NCBI GenBank assembly: GCA_964291495.2
Contig: OZ219871.1
Span: forward strand, 64,001-128,000
Source: Dehalococcoidia bacterium
GTDB lineage: Bacteria; Chloroflexota; Dehalococcoidia; UBA2979
Direction: 5' to 3'
Length of the DNA stretch: 64,000 bases
Of this stretch, positions 1-9,616 are shown piece after piece. The translations under genes were made by a program, and so were the position numbers. Below the pieces are notes generated by a model. The model was not told the DNA's origin and searched no databases. It saw only the letters and a program-made list of their open reading frames with translations. Position 1 is the first letter of the stretch, and each line of letters opens with the position of its first letter.

Positions 1-152
1 CCCGCCATCTCCCGATACCTGGTGTCCCGGTCGATCACCAACTGCGTGCCCTCACTGCGCCAGCGTGCTGACCCGATCCCTCTAGTAGTTAGGTAGTTTA
101 TACTTACCTGCTCCCCACCGCAAACGCCAGTGCGACAGAAGTAGCCCGCCCC

Positions 153-1337
153 CTACGCCTCTCGCGTGAAGAGCAGCCCGCCGCCGCGCAGCAGCGGCGA
201 TCCGTCGAGGGCGACCGAGACCTCGGCGCCCTCGACCTGGCGCGGGCCGGCCCGGCCGGAGACCTGGCGGGCGGCCTCGGCGATGTGCCCCATGCCGTGA
301 AGGCGGCCCTCCGAGAGCGACCCGCCGAAGGTGTTGACCGGCAACTCCCCGCCGAGGGCGACGCGGCCGTCCTGCACGAAGGTGTGCGCCTCGCCCTCGG
401 GACAGAAGCCCGCCGCCTCCAGCCAGTAGTAGGTCGAGGGGCTGAAGCCGTCGTAGAGCTGCGCCGCGTCCACGTCGGCGGGCCCGAGGCCGGAGCGCGA
501 CCAGAGCTTGCCCGCTGTCGAGGCGCCGCAGGCCATGTAGTCGTCGAGCATGTAGTTGACGTAGGTCGGCCGCGGTGCGGTGTGTTGGCCCCAGGCGGCG
601 ACGTAGGCGGGCGGCCTCGGCAGATCGCGGGCGCGCTCGGCGGTGGTCAGCACGAGCGCCGCGCAGCCCTCGACCGGGATGTCGCAGTCGAACAGGCAGA
701 TCGGCTCCGAGATCATGCGGGCGGCCATGTAGTCGTCGACCGACATCGGCGTGCCGTTGAAGAAGGCCGCCTCGTTGAGCTGGGCGTTGGCGCGGCTGTT
801 CGTGACCAGCGAGGCCATCTCCTCGCGGGTCGCGCCGAAGCGGTGCATGTAGCGCTGGTAGGCGACGGCGTGGAGCTGGAAGGGGCTGGTGTAGCCGTAG
901 GGCGCGGTGAACTGGCTGTCGCCCCCGGCGAACGGCTCGCGCCACGCGCCGTACGTGCCCGCAGGGCGGTGCATCGCGCGCCAGACGAGGGCGTACGTGC
1001 AGGCGCCGGCCTGCAGCGCGTTCAGCGCCTCGATGATCGCGCTCGGGATCAGCCCGGCCGAGACCTGCGCATACCACTCGACCTCCGGGCCGATGTCGAG
1101 ATGGTCGATCAGGAACTGGGCGGGCACCAGGTCTTCGCCGGCGCGGTTGCCCGCCCCGCGGAACGGCTGGTCCGGGTGCGTCGCCAGCCCGTCGATCTGC
1201 GAGGGCTCGATGCCGGCGTCGGCGATCGCGGCGCGGCAGGCCTCGATCGCGAGCTGCCCCAGCGGGCGCTCGTGCGTGCGCGTCAGCTGCGAGAAGCCGA
1301 TGCCCGCGACGGCGGTCTTGCCCCTGCCTGCCCACAT
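153..1337 (-). CDS. Thiolase-family / lipid-transfer-like protein (Ltp2/SCP2-type, non-canonical)
   Basis: AVAGIG N-terminus, P..LFDCD, LYDGF, LPVNTFGGSLSEGRLHGMGH, RQV; downstream of a DUF35 gene. Confidence 0.9.
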   Translation of the reverse strand: MWAGRGKTAVAGIGFSQLTRTHERPLGQLAIEACRAAIADAGIEPSQIDGLATHPDQPFRGAGNRAGEDLVPAQFLIDHLDIGPEVEWYAQVSAGLIPSAIIEALNALQAGACTYALVWRAMHRPAGTYGAWREPFAGGDSQFTAPYGYTSPFQLHAVAYQRYMHRFGATREEMASLVTNSRANAQLNEAAFFNGTPMSVDDYMAARMISEPICLFDCDIPVEGCAALVLTTAERARDLPRPPAYVAAWGQHTAPRPTYVNYMLDDYMACGASTAGKLWSRSGLGPADVDAAQLYDGFSPSTYYWLEAAGFCPEGEAHTFVQDGRVALGGELPVNTFGGSLSEGRLHGMGHIAEAARQVSGRAGPRQVEGAEVSVALDGSPLLRGGGLLFTREA

Positions 1338-1347
1338 CGCCGGCGCC

Positions 1348-1806
1348 CTACTCCCCGTTCGCCAGGCGGAACTGCGGCAGCGCGATCGCCTCGCCCTCGG
1401 CCGACTCGATCGGCTCGAACGCGACCTCGACGGGCGCGCCGATGGCGACCCAGTCGGACTCGCCGGCGGGGAGGTCGCTCAGCAGGTAGAGCTGCGGCTG
1501 CTCCTCGAGCTCGACGATCAGGTTGACGTAGGGGACGGCCTGCTCGAACCCGGCGACGTTGCGCTGGTGGTTCGTGGTGAAGCTGTGCACGACGCCGCGC
1601 CCGCTGACGGCGGGGTAGGCGAAGTCCGCCGAGGTGCAGCGCTCGCAGAGCGGGCGCGGCGGGTGCTGGTAATGGCCGCACTCCTCGCAGCGCTGGATCG
1701 CCAGCTCGCCCCGGCCCGCCGCCTCCCAGTACGCCCGCGAGAGCGCGTCGAGGACCGGCCGCGGCCGGCTCGGGGAGCGGTCGTCCGGCTGGTCCGAGGA
1801 CGTCAC
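1348..1806 (-). CDS. Zn-ribbon OB-fold protein (DUF35)
   Basis: YWEAA, QRCEECG..HPPR..CERC, SGRG.V.SFT, PY...IVELEE. Confidence 0.92.
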   Translation of the reverse strand: MTSSDQPDDRSPSRPRPVLDALSRAYWEAAGRGELAIQRCEECGHYQHPPRPLCERCTSADFAYPAVSGRGVVHSFTTNHQRNVAGFEQAVPYVNLIVELEEQPQLYLLSDLPAGESDWVAIGAPVEVAFEPIESAEGEAIALPQFRLANGE

Positions 1807-1807
1807 G

Positions 1808-2833
1808 TCAGTCCCGCAGGATCTCGAGCGCCTTCGCGACCTGGCCGTCGTCGGCGGGGTCGTCGGGCAGCGGGAAGCGCAGCGAGATCGGGAGGTCGCC
1901 GTAGCGCTCCTTGAGCAGGTGCGCCGAGTCGAGGTAGTCGCCCGTGATCGCGATCTCGTCCACGAGGTCGTCGCTCAACAGGTCCGCCAGCTCGTCCCAG
2001 CGGCCCTCGCGGGTGAGCGCGCGCAGCTGCTCGCCAGTCTGCTCGATGCCGCGCAGGCGCAGCGGGCCCCAGTAGTTCGGGGTCGAGTACATGACCGCCA
2101 TCTGGCGGCGGTTGGCGTCGCGCGCCTCCGCGATCTCCTCGGACGTCGAGCCGGTGTTCATGTAGGGCGAAACCATGATGTCGACATCGTCCAGCGAGCG
2201 GCCGCCGCGCTCCGCGCCCGCCTCGACGGCCGGCATCGCCAGCTCGCGGATCGAGCGCGGGTCGCTGTTGCAGCTGTGGGTGAAGAAGCCGTCGGCGACC
2301 TCGCCGGTGAGTCGCGTCATCGCGGGACCGACGGCGCCGAGGTAGATCGGAATCTCGGGGTGCTCGATCAGGGCGGGGGTGAAGAAGGGCTGCATGCGCG
2401 TGAAGCGGTAGTGCTCGCCCTCGAAGCGCAGGCGCGTGCCGTCCTGCGCCCCCCAGGCGTCGAAGATCATGCGCAGCGCCTGCACGTACTCGCGCATGCG
2501 CGGCACGGGCGGGGTCCACGGGACCGAGAAGCGCTGCTCGATGTTCGCCTTCACCTGCGTGCCGAGGCCGATCACGAAGCGCCCGCCGGAGAAGTCCTGC
2601 AGGTCCCAGCAGGCGTAGGCAAGCGACATCGGGCTGCGCGAGAAGGCGACGAAGACGCTGACCGCGACGCGCAGCTCGCTCGTCGCCGCGAGGGCGGCCC
2701 AGGCGTTGACCGAGCCGTCGTGGACGCCCTCGGAAACGGTCAGCCCGTCGTAGCCGAGCGCCTCGACGCGGCGGGCGTAGTCGCCCACCTCCTTCGGTGG
2801 CATGTCGCGCGGCTTCGAGGCCCAGACTTGCAT
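1808..2833 (-). CDS. LLM-class, probably F420-dependent oxidoreductase (TIGR03617-like)
   Basis: AFSRSPM, WDLQ..S.GRF..GLGTQVK..IE.RFSVPW, RMREYV.ALR.I. Confidence 0.88.
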   Translation of the reverse strand: MQVWASKPRDMPPKEVGDYARRVEALGYDGLTVSEGVHDGSVNAWAALAATSELRVAVSVFVAFSRSPMSLAYACWDLQDFSGGRFVIGLGTQVKANIEQRFSVPWTPPVPRMREYVQALRMIFDAWGAQDGTRLRFEGEHYRFTRMQPFFTPALIEHPEIPIYLGAVGPAMTRLTGEVADGFFTHSCNSDPRSIRELAMPAVEAGAERGGRSLDDVDIMVSPYMNTGSTSEEIAEARDANRRQMAVMYSTPNYWGPLRLRGIEQTGEQLRALTREGRWDELADLLSDDLVDEIAITGDYLDSAHLLKERYGDLPISLRFPLPDDPADDGQVAKALEILRD

Positions 2834-2852
2834 GGCTACCCCCGATGGCTTG

Positions 2853-3086
2853 CTAGCGGCCTTCGGTGGCCGGCTTCCCGACCTCGTTGTGCGCGCCGCA
2901 CAGCGGGCAACACAGCACGAGGTTGTAGATCTCCCAGCTCCAGGCGTCCTCGACGAGCACCGCGCCGCAGGCGCCGCAGCAGAAACTGTTGCCGCCTCCG
3001 CGACGCAGCAGCGGCGTCTGCTCGCCGTCCATGACGATGCGTACGTGCGTCTCGGGCAGCTCGATCACCTGTAGCGCTTCCGCCAT
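2853..3086 (-). CDS. Small Zn-finger hypothetical protein
   Basis: CCGACG and CCPLCG motifs, GGAGG RBS, fits between co-directional genes. Confidence 0.6.
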   Translation of the reverse strand: MAEALQVIELPETHVRIVMDGEQTPLLRRGGGNSFCCGACGAVLVEDAWSWEIYNLVLCCPLCGAHNEVGKPATEGR

Positions 3087-3128
3087 CCTGATTGCCTCCC
3101 AGCGCCCGCCGCGCGGCCAGAGTCTACG

Positions 3129-3599
3129 TCACGCGCGCTCTTCGGGCTCCCCGTCCTCACCCGCGAGCAGCTCGTCCACGGCGGCGCGGACGCGGTCCGC
3201 GGTCTCGCGCAGCTGCGAGGGGTTCTCGTACGCGTGGCGAGGCCAGAAGAAGCCGCGCAGGCCGTCGCCGCGCGAGCGCGGGACGACGTGCACGTGCAGG
3301 TGCGGCACGCTCTGGCTGACGCCGTTGTTGATCGCCACGAACGTGCCCTCGGCGGCCAGCGCCCGCGGCACCGCGCGCGCGATCAGCTGTGCGCGTTGCA
3401 ACAGCGGCCCGGCGTCCCCTTGAGGCAGGTCCGGCAGCGTGTCCACGTGCTCGCGCGGGATCAGCAGCACGTGCCCATGGAACACCGGGCGGTGATCAAG
3501 GAAGGCGAGGAACCGCTCGTCCTCGAGGACGACCGCCGCCTCCGCCTCGCCCGCGGCGATGGCGCAGAAGCTGCAGCGCACCGCAGGCCGAGCCGTCAC
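3129..3599 (-). CDS. HIT family hydrolase
   Basis: CSFC N-terminus, GHVLLIPREH, SQSVPHLHVHVVPR histidine triad. Confidence 0.93.
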   Translation of the reverse strand: MTARPAVRCSFCAIAAGEAEAAVVLEDERFLAFLDHRPVFHGHVLLIPREHVDTLPDLPQGDAGPLLQRAQLIARAVPRALAAEGTFVAINNGVSQSVPHLHVHVVPRSRGDGLRGFFWPRHAYENPSQLRETADRVRAAVDELLAGEDGEPEERA

Positions 3600-4738
3600 G
3601 CCGGCTCCTCGCCTGCCTCGAGGGCGCCTGCGGCGAGCGCCGCGATGCCAGTGGTAATCGGCACGGCGGCGACGATACCGATGCTGCCGACGAGCGTGCG
3701 AACGATCTCGGTCGCGATCTGCTCGCGGCTGATCAGCAGGCCGAGCGGCTCCGGCTGCACGGAGAGGATCACGATCAGCGGCAGCGCCGCGCCCGCGTAG
3801 GCCAGCACCAGCGTGTTCGCCGTCGAGGCGATGTGGTCGCGGCCAACGTTGAGCCCTCGCGCGAACAGCTCGCCCGCGCCGAGCAGCGGGTTCGCGCGCC
3901 GCAACTCGAAGACCGCCGAGGATTGCGTGGCCGTGACGTCGTCGAGCACGCCGAGCGCGCCGATGATGATGCCGCCGAGCAGCACCCCGCGAGCGTCGAT
4001 TGCGCCGCCCGAGAGCAGCTCGAGCGTCGCCTCCTGGTCGCCCGCGAGGCCGGTCAGCGCCGCGACGTCGACCGCGAACGTCGCGAGCAGCACGGCGAGC
4101 ACCAGGCTGAGCACCGTGCCGACGAGGGCGGCCCCCGTCTTCCTGCTCGCGCCGTGGGCGAGCACGAGCGTGGTGGTCATGATCACGCTCGCGCCGATCA
4201 GCGTCGCGGCCAGCGGGTTCATCCCGGAGAGGATCGCCGGCACGATGAAGCGCACGATCACGAGGAAGCTGGCGACGAGCCCAACCAGCGACCAGACACC
4301 TCGCCAGCGTCCGATCAGCACGACCGCCGCCGCGAAGACGGCGCCCATCACCCAGAGCGGGAACGTGCGCAGCCGGTCGGCGATGAAGTAGACGGTCTCG
4401 TCGCCCGCCTCGTAGGCCGTGACCAGCACGTCGTCGCCGGGCTCGACCTTGATCGCGAAGGCGTCGTCTCCCGCGAGCTGCCGCTCGACGGTGACAGTCT
4501 CGCCATCGTCGAGCCGCACCTCGACCCGCTCCGAGACGACGGTCACGCCGCCCGCCGTCTGCTCCCGCCCCGTCTCCTCGATCGCGACGACCGCGCCCTC
4601 GCTGGTCTCGCCGTCGAACGGGTTGATCGAGGGCGTCTCGAAGACGCCGGCGGCGGGCAGCACCACGACGAAGACGAGCAGCAGCAGCGCGATCGCCAGG
4701 TAGACGATCGCCTGCGGACTCGAGAGCGAGCGGTTCAT
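3596..4738 (-). CDS. YibE/F family membrane protein
   Basis: GIIIGALGVLDDVT.TQ, NVGRDHIAS..NTLVLAY.G; start refined to MNRSLSS. Confidence 0.9.
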   Translation of the reverse strand: MNRSLSSPQAIVYLAIALLLLVFVVVLPAAGVFETPSINPFDGETSEGAVVAIEETGREQTAGGVTVVSERVEVRLDDGETVTVERQLAGDDAFAIKVEPGDDVLVTAYEAGDETVYFIADRLRTFPLWVMGAVFAAAVVLIGRWRGVWSLVGLVASFLVIVRFIVPAILSGMNPLAATLIGASVIMTTTLVLAHGASRKTGAALVGTVLSLVLAVLLATFAVDVAALTGLAGDQEATLELLSGGAIDARGVLLGGIIIGALGVLDDVTATQSSAVFELRRANPLLGAGELFARGLNVGRDHIASTANTLVLAYAGAALPLIVILSVQPEPLGLLISREQIATEIVRTLVGSIGIVAAVPITTGIAALAAGALEAGEEPA

Positions 4739-4820
4739 GCTGCGAGTCTGGCGCGGGTTCCGCCGCCGCGCCACCCTCCCGCGCCAGGCGCTACTCTGGA
4801 GGCGTAAGGGAGTCCCAGGA

Positions 4821-5300
4821 ATGAGCGGCGTCGCCGAGGCCCTGCGCAACCGGACCGCGAGCCGGCTGGCGGCGCTCTCGAAGCGCCGAGCCGTCGCGCT
4901 GGTCGTGCTCGGCGCGGTGCTCGTCTGGGCCGTGGTGCAGGGCGCGCACTCGCACGACGGCCTCGCGCCGGTCGCGCGCGACCTCGGCGGCGAGACGCCA
5001 GCGCGCACGATCGAAATCGACGCTTCGACAGGGCAGTTGGACCTCCGTGGGCTCGCGGTGCGGCCGGGCGAGGTGATCGACTTCGTCCTCGTCGGCAGCG
5101 CCGGCTCGCCGCATCGCTTCGTCCTGAGCGGGCTCGGCGGCGCGGAGATCGACGAGCGCCTCGCGGCCAACGGCGACACGGTGATCCGCATCCGCGCGCC
5201 GCAGCAGGGCGCGCTCAGCTTCTTCTGCGTCGTGCCCGGCCACGAGGGGCTGCACGGCAGCCTCGTGGTCGATGTCGGAGGCGAGCGCGACGGCGGTTGA
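4821..5300 (+). CDS. Membrane-anchored cupredoxin-domain protein
   Basis: N-terminal TM helix, PHRFV, FFCVVPGHEGLHGSLVV. Confidence 0.7.
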   Translation: MSGVAEALRNRTASRLAALSKRRAVALVVLGAVLVWAVVQGAHSHDGLAPVARDLGGETPARTIEIDASTGQLDLRGLAVRPGEVIDFVLVGSAGSPHRFVLSGLGGAEIDERLAANGDTVIRIRAPQQGALSFFCVVPGHEGLHGSLVVDVGGERDGG

Positions 5301-5358
5301 CGGGCGCGGGCGCGCTCGCCATCCTCGCAGCGTCCGGCGTTCCTGGAGGCACCCTGTC

Positions 5359-5715
5359 ATGGCAGACAACGGAAACACGGCGCTGACGCTGCACTGGCCC
5401 GAGCTCATGAACGAGGAAGGCTTCGGCCTGCTCTGGTTCGCCTCCTGGATCGTCGACGAAGACGAGGGCGTCGAAGGCGAGTGGTTCTACAGCGGTCGCG
5501 GCGGCGAGACGCAGATCGCGCCGATCCCCTCCGAGGCGATCGGCGTGCGGATCCGCCGCTGGCCGTCCGAGGGCCTCGAGGCGGAGTACGCGGACGTGCT
5601 GCTCGCGGACGATCCCGGCGAGGTCTGGGCGGAGCAACTCGATTTCGACCGCAAGCAGCCCTTCGCGCGCATTCCGGCCGACCCGAAGAGCGCCGTCCGC
5701 GGCATCGACGACTAG
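5359..5715 (+). CDS. Hypothetical acidic protein
   Basis: GGAGG RBS before ATG, host-like codon usage. Confidence 0.65.
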   Translation: MADNGNTALTLHWPELMNEEGFGLLWFASWIVDEDEGVEGEWFYSGRGGETQIAPIPSEAIGVRIRRWPSEGLEAEYADVLLADDPGEVWAEQLDFDRKQPFARIPADPKSAVRGIDD

Positions 5716-5926
5716 CGCCGCCCGCGCCGCCAAGCCCCGCGTCTACGGCTCGCGGGCCCACCGCGCGTGCCCTACCGGCTTCGCGGGCCCTCACATCCCA
5801 TCCCGGACGAGCACGCCCTGCGCGCGGTTCGGGCCCACCCACCCGCCCTCGGATTTTCTTTCTGTGGGGGGCTTCGCCCCCCACTCCCCCCTCGGTCCGC
5901 CGCCAGTGTCACGCAACTCCGGGGGC

Positions 5927-6171
5927 TCCGGCTCCCTCTCCCCTCGCGGGAGAGGGCGGGGGTGAGGGGGCGCCGCGCGCCAGCGCGGCCAGCGTGGGCG
6001 CACGAGGGTTGCGGGGCGCGCCGACCGTCTCGAGGTCGCGCGCTCCGGCTACGCCGGAGTCCCCCTCACCCTAACCCTCTCCCGCCGGGGGAGAGGGGAT
6101 CGGAAGGAGCCTCCTGACATTCGAGGACGCTCCGGTCCCCTCTCCCCGAGGGAGAGGGCGGAGGGTGAGGG
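5927..6171. repeat. Cluster of CCCTCACCC..CCCTCTCCC-loop-GGGAGAGGG REP-like units (3 copies)
   Basis: Units at ~5934-5970, 6061-6098 and 6137-6171 in an intergenic gap. Confidence 0.85.
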
Positions 6172-6271
6172 AGGCGCTCGCCCGGCCGAAGGGGCCGAGG
6201 GGCAACGAGCGTTCGAGGGCAGGTGCGCACCCGGTGTGCGGGAGCGCTCCCCGCGTGACGGAGTCCGAGGC

Positions 6272-6928
6272 CTACCGCTCGTGGGCGGGCGCGGGGTCTG
6301 GCTTCACCATACCGATCGGGCCGATGGTGCCGCGGCTGATGCGCTGGACCACCGGCGCGACCACGCCAACCGTGTCCCAGAGCTGGGCGTGCCGCCAGGC
6401 CGGCTCGCGCTTGCGGCCGTCGCCCTGCAGATAGACCTTCACCGCCTCCTCGAACTCGGGGCCCTCGAGGGGGAAGTCGAAGCCGTGCTCCTCCTCGATC
6501 GCGCGGTTGATGTCCATCTCCACCTGGTCCGGACGCCCCGAGAGATGCCCGAGTTCCGTCCCGCTTCCGTCGAGGAAGACGATCGTCGGCGTGCCCGTCT
6601 CACCGTAGCTGTTGGTGCGCGAATCCACGACGCCCTCGTTGCCGTCGGCGGGCAGGATCGAGAGGTCGACGCCGAATTCATCGGCGACCTTCGCCATGAC
6701 GGCGACGCCGCGCCAGTCGTCGGGGGTTGTGGGGTCGGTGACGACCAGCGCGCGGAGCGAGCCGCCGACGAACTCGATCGCGCGTTCCATGCGCCCGCGG
6801 TCGTCCTCGACGGGTTCGTACGCGTTGTAGTGGCGCTCGAACTCTTCGCGGTGGGCCGGGAGGGCGCCGAGCCACTCCTGGAAGTTACGGGCGCCGGCGT
6901 CGAAGAGCTCCGCCAGGTTCTCGCTCAT
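6272..6928 (-). CDS. Thioredoxin-fold protein lacking CxxC
   Basis: LVVTDPTTPDDW where Thioredoxin_9 has WCxDC; TPTIVFLD..G.ELG...GRP. Confidence 0.65.
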   Translation of the reverse strand: MSENLAELFDAGARNFQEWLGALPAHREEFERHYNAYEPVEDDRGRMERAIEFVGGSLRALVVTDPTTPDDWRGVAVMAKVADEFGVDLSILPADGNEGVVDSRTNSYGETGTPTIVFLDGSGTELGHLSGRPDQVEMDINRAIEEEHGFDFPLEGPEFEEAVKVYLQGDGRKREPAWRHAQLWDTVGVVAPVVQRISRGTIGPIGMVKPDPAPAHER

Positions 6929-7018
6929 CTTGTCCTCCACGATCGCTCACCGGGATCGGCGCGCAGCGTAGCAGGCATCGCGCGCCCTCGCTGCGTCGCC
7001 GCCCGCACCCGGACACGA

Positions 7019-7044
7019 GCGAGCCGCCCTCGCGGGCGGCTCGC
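7019..7044 (-). terminator. Hairpin downstream of amidohydrolase
   Basis: 11-bp stem GCGAGCCGCCC/GGGCGGCTCGC, GCGA tetraloop on minus strand; no strong U-tract. Confidence 0.5.
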
Positions 7045-7067
7045 GTCGGCTGCGTCCGCAGACGGCC

Positions 7068-8303
7068 CTAGCGGTCGTTGCCGTCGATGTCGTAGTCGTA
7101 CTGCTCCGGCACCTCGAAGCCGAAGAGGCGCGCGGCGTTGAGGCCGAGCACGTCGCGGCGCTCTTCCTCGGTGAGGTTGCCCATGGTGCGGGCGATCGCC
7201 TCGTCCGAGTGCGGCCAGGAACCCTCGTGGTGCGGGTAGTCGCTGCCCCACAGCCCGTTCTTCGTGATCTGGTAGTCACGCGCAAGCATGATCCCGGCCG
7301 GGTCCTCCTGGAACGTCGCGAAGCACTGCTGCCGGAAGTACTCGCTGGGCAGCATCTTCAGCTTCGGGAAGACCCAGAAGTGGTGCTTCTCGTACGCCTC
7401 GTCCATGCCCGAGAGCATCCACGGCACGAAGCCGATGCCGGACTCGACGGTCCCGAAGCGCAGCTTCGGGTGCCGCTCGAGGATGCCCGAGGCGCAGAAG
7501 TGCGTGAACGGTTCGATCGCCGGGGTGAGCGCGTGCGTGACGTAGTTGATCACCGCGCCGCCCTCGCCGCTTGCCGTGCGCGGGTCCTTGCCCGTGGCGA
7601 CGTGGCAGGTGAGCGGGACGTCCGCGTCCTCGATGGCGTGCCAGAGCGGCTCGAACATCGGCGAGTTGTAGCCGATCTGCGAGCTCTTCGCGCCCGCGCT
7701 CTCGTGGAACGGGCGGACCGGGATGTTGAGGGCGCGGAAGCCCATCTTGACCGTGCGATCGATCTCCTTGATCGCCTCGTCCACGTCGGCGGGAGCGATC
7801 AGCGCGGCGGGCATCGTCCTGTCGAAGTGATCGCCGACGACCTCGTAGTACCAGTCGTTCTGCGCGCGGCAGAGCGCGGTGGCGAGCCGCGGGTCTGGCG
7901 TCGCCCAGGCCATGAGGCCGCCGCCATTGGGGAAGACGATCTCGGCGTCGACGCCGTCGCGGTAGTGGTCGGCCCAGCGCTTCTCCCAGTCGAAGTAGCC
8001 GCCCATCGAGCGCTCGCGGTCCTCGCCGGAGAGCTTGAAGTCGCGGATCTTCATCGGGCGCAGGCCCTCGGTGATCGACCACTTCACGCCGTTCTCGTCG
8101 ACCTCCTGGCGAGGCAGGCGGTGGCGGAAGCGCTTGTCGACGCGCTTCTCGAAGAGGTCGGGCGGGCCGTTGATGTGGTTGTCCGCCGACACCATGAAGT
8201 AGCGGTCGCGGATCTCCGCGGTGGGAATCCCCGACTCACCCATCACCGTCGTCCCGGTGGAACGGTTTGTCGGAGTAGGTGGAGGTGCAATCGCCATCGT
8301 CAT
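7068..8303 (-). CDS. Amidohydrolase family protein (Amidohydro_2)
   Basis: VSADNH, VESGIGFVPW, WGSDYPHHEGSWP, GLNAARLFG. Confidence 0.92.
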   Translation of the reverse strand: MTMAIAPPPTPTNRSTGTTVMGESGIPTAEIRDRYFMVSADNHINGPPDLFEKRVDKRFRHRLPRQEVDENGVKWSITEGLRPMKIRDFKLSGEDRERSMGGYFDWEKRWADHYRDGVDAEIVFPNGGGLMAWATPDPRLATALCRAQNDWYYEVVGDHFDRTMPAALIAPADVDEAIKEIDRTVKMGFRALNIPVRPFHESAGAKSSQIGYNSPMFEPLWHAIEDADVPLTCHVATGKDPRTASGEGGAVINYVTHALTPAIEPFTHFCASGILERHPKLRFGTVESGIGFVPWMLSGMDEAYEKHHFWVFPKLKMLPSEYFRQQCFATFQEDPAGIMLARDYQITKNGLWGSDYPHHEGSWPHSDEAIARTMGNLTEEERRDVLGLNAARLFGFEVPEQYDYDIDGNDR

Positions 8304-8409
8304 CGCCTTCCGTGCGGGCCGCGGATCCGATCCCTCGGCTTGCGCGCATTATTGCACACCGGAGCGCTGCGAGACGCCTCCTCGCGCCTCGCTTGCGCCC
8401 GCGGCCCTG

Positions 8410-9444
8410 CTATCCCTCCTGCGCGGTGTAGCGCAGCAGCGTGAAGAGGTTCGTGCCGACCAGCTCGCCGTCCTGGTTGTAGTAATTGTTGAGCACCGTC
8501 GTGAAGTAGCCGGGGCCGAGCCGCGTCTGCTTCAGCCCGGAGCAGTTCACCAGCTCCGTCGAGGCGGAGACGCGGTCGCCCGGTCGCAGCGGCTTGCCGT
8601 AGGCCTGCTCCGAGATCGTCGCGACCGTCGCCGTCGCGCCCGGCGGGTCGAAGCGCGCCGCGGCCGTGGGTGGCCCCGAGCGAGGCGGCCACGGTCCGCG
8701 GCCCGGCTCGCCGACGTCGGGGGCGTTCGGGTTGACGCCGCTGCGACCGGGCCGGTCCATCGTCCAGGTGATGAGCGCCATCGGCGGCGCGATGATCCCG
8801 CCGTGGCGGCTGTTCCGCGCGTACTCCGTGTCCTCGTAGAGGGGGTTGGAGTCCTCGACCATGTCCGCCCAGTACATGATCTGGACCTCGCTGACCGGGT
8901 AGGCGCCGTAGCGCGGCTCCGACTCCTTGCCGAGCCACTCCTGCGCGAAGTCCGGGAACCCCGGGTCCAGCTCGATCTGTGGCTTCGCCAGCTCCAGCCG
9001 CGGCTTCACCGCACCGCCCTCGCGCGAGGGCAGCGCCATCGTCGCCGTCGAGATGCAGGCCGTGCCGAGGTGGTTGCGGGAGTTCAGCTCCAGTTCCACC
9101 AGGTAGTCGTCGCCCTCGCGCCGTTTGCTCGCGACGCGGCCCTCGAGGATCGCCGTGTCGCCGGGGCAGACCTGGCCGATCATGTTGAGCGTGGTCGCGC
9201 GGAAGTCCGCGTCCGGGCCGCACCAGTCGGTCACGAAGCGCCCGAACAGCGCCTGGTTGAACATCGTGTTCACGAACTGGTCGCGGCTGCCGATCGACTG
9301 CGTGTAGGCGGAGTCGTGGTGGTAGGGCATGAAGTCGCGGGTGCCGACGACGCCCATCACGAGGTTCTTGACGGTGATCGGGTATTCGAGCACGGGCAGC
9401 TCGTCGCCCTCGTTGACGTCTTCCCAGAGCAGTGAGTCGGTCAT
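8410..9444 (-). CDS. Double-hotdog MaoC-like hydratase (ChsH1-like + ChsH2-N-like fusion)
   Basis: RDFMPYHHD..F.NT motif; second domain IMYWADMVEDSNPLY..GGIIAPP; start refined to MTDSLL. Confidence 0.85.
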   Translation of the reverse strand: MTDSLLWEDVNEGDELPVLEYPITVKNLVMGVVGTRDFMPYHHDSAYTQSIGSRDQFVNTMFNQALFGRFVTDWCGPDADFRATTLNMIGQVCPGDTAILEGRVASKRREGDDYLVELELNSRNHLGTACISTATMALPSREGGAVKPRLELAKPQIELDPGFPDFAQEWLGKESEPRYGAYPVSEVQIMYWADMVEDSNPLYEDTEYARNSRHGGIIAPPMALITWTMDRPGRSGVNPNAPDVGEPGRGPWPPRSGPPTAAARFDPPGATATVATISEQAYGKPLRPGDRVSASTELVNCSGLKQTRLGPGYFTTVLNNYYNQDGELVGTNLFTLLRYTAQEG

Positions 9445-9616
9445 CGCACATCCCTCCAGCGCTTGGCTGCCCGCCCTTCCTACCCTCGCCGCGTGCGACT
9501 GTCCAGCGCACGCGCCCGTCCCGAGGGAACCGGGGCGAGCCGGATCGCGTATAGGTATGCAGGGGCCGCGCGGATCTCCGGCGCTCGCGCCGGGCAACCC
9601 GAAGGGAATGGCGCCC

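Noticed and set aside
5716-6270. CRISPR array or coding ORFs in the repeat-rich gap
   Set aside because: Repeats are inverted and irregularly spaced, no cas genes; the ORFs are translations of REP units (PLSP/GEG)
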